From Andalucia godoyi And28 (Eukaryota; Protista; Jakobida), in NCBI GenBank assembly GCA_009859145.1, contig VRVR01000037.1:76892-140891 (forward strand): 64,000 bases of DNA, read 5' to 3'. The notes beneath the pieces are model-generated. The model saw nothing but the letters and a program-made list of their open reading frames with translations, was not told where the DNA came from and ran no database searches. The position numbers and the translations under genes were made by a program. Position 1 is the first letter of the stretch, and the number at the start of each line of letters is the position of its first letter. This document shows positions 32,801-42,501 of this stretch, one piece after another.

Positions 32801-34240
32801 TCCTGTGGGAGAAGGCGGACCACCGCTGCCATCCATGGAGGAGATGGAGTCCGACGAACCTGTCCGAGAATGAACAGAAATCGACCGATTCCGAGCGCCT
32901 GGGCCGTTCGATCCCGGGCCTTCGCGCACGGAATACGACCTGCCACGTCTTCCTGTGGCACCCATCGGCTTCTGTACCAATGGCGGTGCCGCAGCTGCAA
33001 ACGCATCTTCCCGCATAAACGTAGGTGTATTGTTTCCTGCCCCCGGGCTAGACCGCAACGACGAAGGGGACGATGTCATCGGCCGATCAAAAAAGATGAA
33101 ATCCTGTTGGTCAATGGTCTTTGCAAAGTGCGGCGACACGCCCTTGAGCAGCGTGTCCAAGCTTCCAAAACGAGCGGACTGAGGTTCATAATCCATTTTG
33201 TCGACGCCATCCTCGCCGGTGACAAATCCCCGAGCGACATAGAACCCAGTTGTGGATGCCACAACAAACAGCGTATCCTTGTCCCACGTCTTTGCATACA
33301 TATAGCCAAGATCTCCTTTCAATTCTCTCCATGGGGGCGCACGCGCACCGGACGCGTACACAATATCCGATTCCCAGTCCAACGCCTTGATCGCAAATCG
33401 GTTGTCGTCTTCGGAGCAAAATGACTTTAGCAAGATAACCTGCCTTTCCGCAGCCTGCATGCTCAGCACTGTCGACTCCTCCAGCGCACTAATCTCATCC
33501 ATGGACGATCTTCTTTGCACTCCCCCATGTCCACTGCCGGAGCCGCTGTGCGCGTGAGCATCCGGTTCAGCAAAGAGCTGACGATCGATTTCTGACAATG
33601 CAAGCAGAATCTGGAGTCGGTCCGAAGCAACTTTCCGTTTGGACTCATCCGATCCGCTGTCGTTGATTTGCTGGAGCGCATTCTGAAGCACCTCTGCAGG
33701 TTGTGAGCCCTTAACGCCGCCAATTCGTGCAGAAAACGCGCGATTTGATTGCAGTAACGACCGAAACTCCGCATGTGCACGATGTGCCTCTGGACCACCT
33801 GCAAATCGAATGTGTCGAATCAGGAAATCAAGGTTTCCAATTCGGCACGAAGCCGCATGCAGCCCACTTGCCGCGTCCGGGTTGCGCAGCTCGTACGAAT
33901 AGCGGAAAAAGTCCGTTTTCTCCTCTTGAAACTCGCCGGAAGCTGACGCGCCATTACGAGGAGACTGCGGCTTTTCCGTCGATGCGACATACGCGATCTG
34001 CTTGTTGCTCTCATAAGAGATTCGTGATGAGAAAGTCGAAGTGAGATCAGAGACCCGGAACGATGAATCAAACTGCAAAGGAAGATAAAAAGGTGTCTGA
34101 AGCAGGATCAGCGCATTCTGCTTGTTTCGCAAATCCACAAGCTTTCGAAGAAAAGACGAAATACACTCGTCGTTTTGAAGCGTGTGCTCAACAGTTGCTT
34201 TCGAAGTCCACGAAAGCCTCGCATTCAGATACGACGACAT
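29858..34240 (-). CDS. ARMC4: Outer dynein arm docking complex subunit 2 (ARMC4), armadillo-repeat protein, 1460 aa
   Basis: [18 protein letters not shown] parallels human [39 protein letters not shown] parallels [33 protein letters not shown] and multiple ARM repeats follow. Confidence 0.9.
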   Translation of the reverse strand: [1460 protein letters not shown]

Positions 34241-34735
34241 TTTCTCTTCTTTCTTTTCTTTTATCTTTTCCCCTCCTCTCCGCTGTTTCCCCTGGCTACT
34301 CTGCTACACAAAGAAAGGGGCGAAAGAAAAGAAATGAACAATGCGAGATTACAGAGAAGAGGAAAAAGAAATACGAAAAATGGCAAAAACAAAAACAATG
34401 ACAGAAACAGTTATTATAAAGTCTAAGAAACGGAAACTGCAAGGATGGGAAACTGCCAACGACAACATTGAGGACTGATCGAGACTTTTGAGAGAGTGAG
34501 GAGAGCCGGGGGAGCAAGGCATGATGCTTCAATTGATGCTTCTGTAGTTCAGAGGGGGAATTGGAGAAGACCCTATTCGGAAGCATTCCTCTCAAACCGG
34601 TTTTTTTCTTCTCCCGTTCTTATCTTTTTGTTATTTCGTCTTCTTTGGATGTTTATGTTTTGATCGTTTTGTTTTGGGTTTTCTTCTTCCGGGTTCCGAG
34701 ACGCACATCAGACAGGAAGGAGGGGGAATACGAAA

Positions 34736-36991
34736 ATGTCAAAGTATCAAAAAATCAAGGGTCGGTTGACGCCGCAAGAATTCAAGCAGTATGTCGTCGA
34801 TTGTCTACAGCGGCTGGATGATCACGATACAAGTCAGGTCGCGCAAAAGCAGCTGCATGACATTGCAGATCATTTGGAACTTGACACGCTTCCATTGTTT
34901 GTGGAGACTCTCACTGCGTATCCAGCTGGTTCTTCCTCGCTCTCCTCTAAATCGGCAAATCTTCCCATGTCTTCTTCGTCGAGCAGCAGTTACAGTAACA
35001 GTAGTAGTATTGGTGGTGGTGGTGGCAATTTCAGCAACAACAGCAACAACAACAACAACAACAGCTCGTTCAGCAACTCTTTGTATGCTGCAGATCGATC
35101 ACAGCCGCAAATGCAAAGCGTGACTTCCGGTGCAGTGTCTGGACTTGCATCAACTCTGTCGTTTGGTCAATCGGACTTCAAAACGGTTTCTGCTCGAGCG
35201 CAGACCCTGCGGATTCTCGGTCTGCTGTGCTCACTGTACAGATTCGACATGTCTGCGCATGTTTCGCGGATGCAGATGTATGTCGTTCGCAGGTTCCGTG
35301 ACTCTGAAAAGGAGGTTCAGGATGCATGCGCAACTGTGTTTGGTCATATCGTCAAGTATGTCTTGTCGGAAGACGAACCAATCACACAGCTCGTGAAGCC
35401 ATTGTTTGCGATGCTGAACGAGAAAAACAGGGAAGCACAAGTCACTGCTTCGCTGTCTCTGGTTCGCGTTTTGGAAAATTGCTCGAGGTCACGACTTTAC
35501 TCGGCTTCCGGAATGAGTCCCGCAGCTTCTCTGATGAACTCCTCTACGTCTTCGCAGTTGTCTGCGTCGAATGAAGTTGTCAAGATGGGCCAGGCGCTTC
35601 TGCGGTTCTACTCTAATCCGCTTTGCTTGGCGAAACCAAACATTTTGGACATTGTGTCATCGCTTATCAAGTGCGAAGGGCCGTCCACAGCAGCCGCGCA
35701 GGTTGTTTTCCAGTCGAATATCTGGAATGCGGTCACAACGCAGGCAATTAAGGACCAGAAAGACTGGTTTCATCGCCGAGCCGCGGCCCAATTTTTGCAC
35801 ACCGTGATTTCAGCGGCCACGGATATCGCAGTTTCAAGCGAAAATCCTGCCGATTTTGTGCAGCTTGCAACCCAGAAAAAGGACGAAATGCGTGCCGTCT
35901 TGGAAGATGCACGGTTCGACAAGATTAAACCGGTTCGCGAAATTGCGCAGCAGGCTTTCGAAATGCTGCAAGGGATCCCAGACCCGATTCTGCGGTCTCA
36001 TTTGTGGTCCACTGTCTCAGACTCGGATTGCAAGGACGGGGGTGCGACTGAGGCGCTGACGCGATCGCTCAACAAGAGCATGATCAAGACCATCAAGGCG
36101 TCTCCTGCAAAGCAGGCCTTCAAAACTCGATCGTTTCAAGCTACTGCTGGAATGGGTTCTTTTTCTGACAATCAAGGCCCTGGCGGGTATGATGAGCAGA
36201 GCGGCCCGGATGCCACTGCATTCGACATGGCACAGGCACAACAAGCACAAACGAAAGCCTCCCCGAGCTCGTTGTCGTCTGTGAATGTTGTGTCTGAGCT
36301 GGAAAAGATAGCACGACAGCAAGAAGCACTGGTCCAGCTTCTCGAGTCTCTGTCCGTCACGACAAAGAATGCCTTTCGTGGATTCGAAGACAGGCTGCAA
36401 AGACTCGAAGGGCGCGTCGAGCAGATGTCGCAATCGCAGACTGAATGTGCCGCGGGCAGCCCCGGAAATCCTGACGAGGACCAGGTGGTCACCGGGTCTC
36501 GCTCACTATCTTTCCACGCCAAAGCAGCAACAACATCTGGAACATCTGCAGCTGCAGCAGGTAACAGCAAGAACATCGTTGAAGACCAGGGCGGTGCCTG
36601 GAGAAAATCACAGGCGCTGTGGACTCAAGGGCAGTATTCGGAAGCGTATCGGGTTCTTTTGGACGGCGACGACCCGCTGCAGCTTGTTCGCATGATGGGC
36701 CGAACCGGTCCCGTTCTCGATGTTCTGGATGCATATGTGCGCACCGACCTTGTGGAGCGGTGGGTCGACTTTCTCGAACGCGGCGTGTTCCTTGACAACA
36801 TTCTTGCGTGGATCCACCAGTCGCTGCAGCTCGAGGATGGACAGATGATCGCTGGGCTCCCGCTCGATCTCTCCAGCCGACTCTCGGAAGCTCTTCGATC
36901 TGTCAGTGCGCACGCTTCACCACACGGAATCAAGGCCGCAACGCTTCTCATGTCTCTTAACAACATTCTCAATGCCAACGCAGACTACTAG
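34736..36991 (+). CDS. TORTIFOLIA1/SPIRAL2-like microtubule-associated HEAT/TOG protein
   Basis: The N-terminus LQRLDDHDTSQVAQKQL resembles TOR1 LxKLxDRDT. Also ARFDKIKPVRE, a short coiled coil (AFRGFEDRLQRLEGRVEQM), and the C-terminal LVRMMGRTGPVLDVL typical of the SPR2 family. Confidence 0.8.
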   Translation: MSKYQKIKGRLTPQEFKQYVVDCLQRLDDHDTSQVAQKQLHDIADHLELDTLPLFVETLTAYPAGSSSLSSKSANLPMSSSSSSSYSNSSSIGGGGGNFSNNSNNNNNNSSFSNSLYAADRSQPQMQSVTSGAVSGLASTLSFGQSDFKTVSARAQTLRILGLLCSLYRFDMSAHVSRMQMYVVRRFRDSEKEVQDACATVFGHIVKYVLSEDEPITQLVKPLFAMLNEKNREAQVTASLSLVRVLENCSRSRLYSASGMSPAASLMNSSTSSQLSASNEVVKMGQALLRFYSNPLCLAKPNILDIVSSLIKCEGPSTAAAQVVFQSNIWNAVTTQAIKDQKDWFHRRAAAQFLHTVISAATDIAVSSENPADFVQLATQKKDEMRAVLEDARFDKIKPVREIAQQAFEMLQGIPDPILRSHLWSTVSDSDCKDGGATEALTRSLNKSMIKTIKASPAKQAFKTRSFQATAGMGSFSDNQGPGGYDEQSGPDATAFDMAQAQQAQTKASPSSLSSVNVVSELEKIARQQEALVQLLESLSVTTKNAFRGFEDRLQRLEGRVEQMSQSQTECAAGSPGNPDEDQVVTGSRSLSFHAKAATTSGTSAAAAGNSKNIVEDQGGAWRKSQALWTQGQYSEAYRVLLDGDDPLQLVRMMGRTGPVLDVLDAYVRTDLVERWVDFLERGVFLDNILAWIHQSLQLEDGQMIAGLPLDLSSRLSEALRSVSAHASPHGIKAATLLMSLNNILNANADY

Positions 36992-37252
36992 GCAGGAGGC
37001 TTTGGATCGATTTGTGCTGTGTCTATCGTCTTCTGCAAACCTTCCGACTGGATTGGTTGTAGCACCAGTACCCCGTAACCCGGTGTAGCTGTTATTCTTC
37101 GTTGCTGTCGTTGGAATTTTATCCTGCTTTCTTCACTCTGTAAAACATATTTATGTGTATATCTTCTTCCTGTTTGTCTGTCTGTTCATTCATCCATTCA
37201 TCCATTCATTCGTTATTTCCGGATTCCGTACGTCAATTATTATTGTTTTTGT

Positions 37253-37758
37253 TTAATGACCCATGACGCGTGACTTTTCGGCATTGTAGGTTCCTTTGCG
37301 CGCGTATCGCAGACCGCAATACTTGCAAACTGCAACAACTCCGTCCGTCAGCTTGATGAATTCGACTGGATGTCCCATCTCTGGCCGAGGGCCTCCATCG
37401 CATCGAGCAACCGCAGCATCTACTTCCTGAACTGGAACCTCTTTGATAAACTCTTGCGCCGGTTTATATGCCTGCACGAACAATTCAAATAGAAAAGGGG
37501 AGGAGGGGAAGTAAATGGAAATCGTGTGAGAGTGCCAGAATTCACAAGCATTTTTAAAACGAGACGCACGCATCGCCGTGTAACGATACTTTGATCCAAG
37601 TTGGACGAATTTGAAAAAGAAGGAAAGAAGCATACTTCGACACCAGCAGAGTCGGCTGGCCGAGGGAGCGAGCTGAATGGACGGAAGAGCGGAGTGCACA
37701 GCGATGTTCTTGAGCACGGCAAGACGCGCAACGAAGAGGCTGCAATCCTGCGGAACAT
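37253..37758 (-). CDS. NDUFS6: NADH dehydrogenase complex I 13-kDa subunit (zf-CHCC), 2 exons (37758-37636, 37471-37253), ~113 aa
   Basis: Presequence-like exon 1 (MFRRIAASSLRVL...). Intron GTATGC...CAG at 37635-37472 (164 nt, phase 0). Exon 2 reads FIKEVP...ARCDGGPRPEMGHPVEFIKL...CKYCGLRY. Confidence 0.9.
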
Positions 37759-38148
37759 GTTCTCTCAGGCCAAAACGGAAAGAAAAAATGCAACAATAAA
37801 CCACAAAAAAAGGAAGACAGCAGCAGGATTGCAGAGGAAAGCGTGATAAAGCGCTTCCTTGTTAGACTGAGATTCCAAAGAAAACGAACAGACTGTATAA
37901 GTATGCGGATTGTGAACTGCGCAGTTGGAATAGGAAGGGAAATAGGGGGAAATAGGGACTGACCAATGACAAATGTTTTTGGTGTTTGAAGGGGGGGGAA
38001 AGAGGGAAAAACCGGAGACTGACAGGCCTCAATGCATCAAATAGAGCAGGAAGAAACACCCACAAGTGCAAAATGGGTCGCGGAAGACCTGTCCGAAGCA
38101 TAAAAGACGAGTTCCCTCCTCACACTCCTCCTCTTTTTTTCATTTCTT

Positions 38149-38385
38149 TAGACGATCTGCTCCGCAGGATTATTTCTGCAGTAGATTTTCACCTTTTCTG
38201 TATTTTCCAATACAGACAAGCTACACGCCCCAGAGGAGGAGGTACTGTCTCTCATCCTGAGCGTGAACGGGCTGCTGGGCTCTGTGCTTCGTTTGATACG
38301 CTGCACGGCCCTCGCGGTGAGATGATCGCAGCTGGCCTTTTCGCAAGGATTGGCCGAGCAGGGATGGGGAGACGTTCTGATGGGT
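38149..38385 (+). ncRNA. U3: U3 small nucleolar RNA
   Basis: Ordered U3 boxes: GAC box at 38151, box A AGGATTATTTCT 38166-38177, box C' GAGGAGGA 38233-38240, box B CCTGAGCGTGAA around 38256-38267, box C AGATGATCG 38320-38328, box D CTGA 38377-38380. Terminal stems CCC/GGG and GTCTCTCATCC/GGATGGGGAGAC, two internal hairpins, and a T-run downstream. Ends approximate. Confidence 0.85.
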
Positions 38386-38590
38386 CTTTTCCAAACACAC
38401 ACCTTTTTTTTTAAACAACTCCCCCTTTTAAAAAACCACCACACACCATACGTCTTTAAAAACATACGCAGACCACAAGAGCGAAATTGCAGCGTTTCGT
38501 GTTTTCCTTCATCCTGCTTATCCACTGTACAAGGGGTTTCGGGGATGCTTTTTGTCCGGACCGCTCGCCAAAACATGATTCATTAGTGGT

Positions 38591-39111
38591 CATCGGCTAC
38601 GCTGTCACCGAAGAACAGATCCAAGTCACGTGCTGTTTTGTTTTTATTAATTGGGACGAGCACCACCTCTTCAATGCAGACTGCTGGTCATCAAAGGGTC
38701 ATCGCAACCAACATATTTCCCAATTGATTCAACATTCAATAAATGAACGTTTGGAGGAAACAGAATGTGGTCGGTGGGTGATGCACATTGCGCCTGACCA
38801 CGCTGTTGCCATTGCTCCTTCTTGTCCTCTCTGACTTGAAAGCGCATTCCGAACGAAAATCGACCACATCTCCGTGATATAATGATCATCCCCGCTTGCT
38901 CAGCAAGTTGCGACGAGAGGGGATCAACGGGTTCCTTTGTTCTCGCTATCCTCGAGCATGGTCAGTTTGCGTTTGTTGGGAAAGATCCCTCTTTGGAGCC
39001 AAGAGATGTTTTGTCTTTGTCTTTGATAAAAGGTGATTGAGGGGGATTCGATTATTAAAAAGCCAAAACAAACAGAAAATGATAGAAAAGAAAGGTAGCC
39101 TTGACTACGGT
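38591..39111 (-). repeat. Dispersed degenerate repeat, copy A (longer copy; possible decayed EEP-fold ORF)
   Basis: The reverse complement aligns by hand with 61444-61763: about 14 differences over the 129-nt core 38647-38775, and a second block at 38959-39111. Confidence 0.85.
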
Positions 39112-39427
39112 CGTCCTGTTTGATATTCAACGTGGGAAACTCCGAGTTGTCAGCAGCAGTGTGGGGATTTCCCCAATGAGAGAATCCAAAAGGCAAAAGA
39201 AAATCCCCTTTTTAATCGATATTTTTTTCTCTGGAAACTCTCTAAAGTAACCCTTTCTATTCGATTGCGTTTTGCTTGCTTTGTTTGCTTTTTCAAACTG
39301 TATTTTTGCTGATTCGATTCGCACGTTTCCCGATCATTAAGGTGTGTGTGGGGATTGTTATTGGTTGCTGTTGTTGTTTTGTTTTTAATCTGAGTATTGG
39401 TTATATAAAGTGGGAAAAGTGAATTGG

Positions 39428-41233
39428 ATGGAGAGCACGCCTCCAGCTCGAAAACGAGCAAAGAGAACTTCCCGGACTGAGGCGTTTGCTTCTCTGATTC
39501 ATTCGTTCCGGGTCTCGGACGATGACCCTCAGTCTGCACAATCGTCCTCCTCCTCCATTCCTCCTCATTCTGCGGCAATCGGCTACCCTCCCCTGTTCCT
39601 CCACCAACAATCTTCTTCTTCAAATCCACAAAATATCCCGTTTCCACATCTTTTCCATCCTCCGCTTCCCCCTTCTTCGTCGTCGTCTTCATCGTCATTA
39701 TCGGCTCCTCCTTCTTCCTCGGCTCCGTCGTCGTCGTCCTCGTTTTCGCTTCCATTCCACACAAGCAGTAATGGTTGTAGTAATTCTCAATTTCCATTGC
39801 TTCCGTTGCTGTCTTCGCTGTTTCATGTTAATAACCACCACCATAATAACAACAGCAGCAATAACGGCAGCAGCAGCAGCGGTGGTGGTGGTGGTGCGCT
39901 TGGCATCGGAACGGCGGACCTAGAAGCGGCCTTGTCTCGGAAGCAGCAGCTCCAGCAACCGCGACCGTTTGACGGACCGAGTGTATCGGCAACGTCGACT
40001 ATGGATATGTCAATGGATGACAGTACGTATCGCCAGCAACTTCATGCAATCTACTCGTCGCTCTTCAGTTCCGAGTCTGCACAACTGGGTAGTGCGATCA
40101 ATCACCACCAGCAGATGATCCACAGCAATGTTGCGGATGATGATAATGTTGATAGTGGTGGTGATGTCGTGGTTGATGATGCTGATCATCATTGTGGTAA
40201 TCACAATCACAATTACGATTGTATTGCGAATGGCAGGGGAAATACTGCTGGTTTCAATGGCCGAACTGCAAGTGTGAATGCAGCAACTCATGTAAATGTG
40301 AGTGCGAATGCGAATGCAGACGTGTTTAACCAACCGTTGCCTATAGTGTCTGTGCCGAATCCGTTGGAGAAGCCGACTCTGATGCTGAAGGCGGTCATTA
40401 GTCCCAATGAATTGTGCGATTCGGCGATCACGCTCGAGGATGATGACGGCTGCAACGCATCGAGTTTTTCAAAGCGGAACACTGATGCTCTTCTGGAACA
40501 AAAAACATACAATCACAGCATCCGTAACGGAAACACTAATTACGGCAACAATGGCAACAATGGCAATGATGGCAATGATGAGAAAAGTGGTCAGTTTCAA
40601 ATGTCAATTTCCGTCGATGGACACTATTGGTCCACGGTGCTCGACGAACCTCCGTCCAAGTTGCATTTGGAGGAACGGTCCTGTTCATCCGTGCCACAGT
40701 TCGCCCCCGCAAAGGATGCCGCAATGCAGGACTCGGAATGCGACATGTGTGCTGGGCGGGTCAATGGAACTGCAGGTAGTACTTGTGGTAATCATCATGG
40801 TAGCAGTAATGGCTTGAGTGCTGCTGGCAGTGCAGGGGAGGTGAAGATGGAAAGTGTGGCTGCGTCATCTCTTATTGACCAGTCTGTGTTTGCAGCTGTG
40901 TTTTCCGTGCTGCAGACTCCAGCTGCGATTGTGCGAATCGACGAACGGGTTGTGGCTGTGAATTCGGCATTTACTGCTGCGTTTGGATGGACAAACGAGG
41001 ATATCACACGAAACGTCATATCGTTTCGTGAGTTGCTGACTGATGATGATTACCCCGTGGCCATCGACTGCCGCCTGCGACTGCTCAATACGGACTGCGA
41101 TTGCGTGATTCAGTCTCACAAGGTTGCCCGAGCTCATTACGGCAGTTCGTCCGTCACGGGAAGCAACAACTGCGGGCGACATCGAAATGCCTCGAGCGCG
41201 CCGCTTTCCTCGTCCTGTGCTAGCTCGGGTTCG

Positions 41234-41274
<41 letters not shown>

Positions 41275-42046
41275 ATCATCCAGCTCTGCGTCCGTGTACT
41301 CCCATTTGGTGGGAATTGGGAATGTAGAGTATGTTCCGTCTCGATGCTCATCGACGATCGTGAGGCAGCCAAGCTCCCGCGATCCCGTGGCATACGTGTT
41401 TGAAGCGACTCCATGGGCAATGCTGGACCAAAGTCGAGTTTCCACCAATTTCCTGGAGAATATGCGGGTTGTCAACGCAGACGGTGTGACCGTTGTCAAA
41501 CCGCCCCCGCAATGCTGGATCCGAAGCAGGTTGCTGCAGTTCATCCGGTCGTCCCATCAGTCCATGCCCGAGCCTGTGATGCTTCTGAATCTTACCGATC
41601 CAATCGAGGCAAAGGTTTTGTGGGCTTCCGACGGCTGCATTCGTCTTATGGATCAAAAGGATCTGGTTGGACTTTCGCTGGGCGCCATTCGAGGGATTGG
41701 AAATTCAAATCTTTGCGGAATTTTAAAGGATCTTGCGCACTCTGCCCCAGAGAGATTTCGGGTAAAGTCGGAACTTCTTTATCCCCACAACTCGGTGACC
41801 TCTGTGCTGTGGAAAAGAGGACCAAGGAACGGAGGCTCAGAAGCTCTTGGACCCGCGCCTCACCAAATGCGTATTTATGTACAGGGTGCCAAGCTGTATG
41901 TCCGCGGAAGTGTCGACGGGCTTGGTTCTCCGCCGTCCGGAGACTCTGTCCGTGTGCTGTACTTGCTCTTTCTCGAGTGCCTAACTCCTTCCAAAGAGCG
42001 TCTCATGGAAATCCCACGACTTATGCAGGAAACAACGCCTTATTAG
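39428..42046 (+). CDS. Two-PAS-domain protein with a low-complexity N-terminus and an NLS-like motif
   Basis: First ATG at 39428; RKRAKR near the N-terminus. PAS-like 1 is LQTPAAIVRIDERVVAVNSAFTAAFGWTNEDI, with PAC-like CSSTIVRQPSSRDPVAYV. PAS-like 2 is MPEPVMLLNLTDPIEAKVLWASDGCIRLM...DLVG. Confidence 0.7.
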
Positions 42047-42501
42047 TTTTTTAATGATGTTTTCACCTATGTCGTTCTTCTCCGTTGTCGTCATGTGCGC
42101 GATTATTTTGGTGCTGTCTTTTTAATATTATTATTATTATTTTTAATTATGTCTTTTTGATTAGGTTTGTGTGAAATGTAAAGTATGCTAAATTGCAGAC
42201 TACTCTGATCACTCTGATCACGCAAAACACAACAAAAAGAAGAAAAGAAAAAGAATCTTGGTTGATGTGGACGAAAAGCACGGATCCTGAAAGTGGGATC
42301 GTTATCACTTATCACCTACTGAACGATATGTTGAGAGTGATAAAGTCTCACAGAGGAAGCAAAGAGAAAAGCCCACAATCGAGACTGATTGCTTGTGATT
42401 TTCTTTTTCTTTTCTTTTCCTCCTGCTCCTCCCTTCGCTCACGACTGCGCAACATCTTCGTCATCCGTTTTTCCGTTGTGTTGTGCGGATTTTGAAGGAA
42501 G

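Noticed and set aside
38640-38690. In-frame TGA conserved in both repeat copies (LH*RGG) as a possible selenocysteine
   Set aside because: Stops or frameshifts follow closely, no SECIS was found, and copy B is frameshifted.
38715-38770. U17/snR30 identity for the repeat (ATATTTCC resembles motif m1)
   Set aside because: The m2 motif AAACCAT and the terminal ACA geometry are missing.
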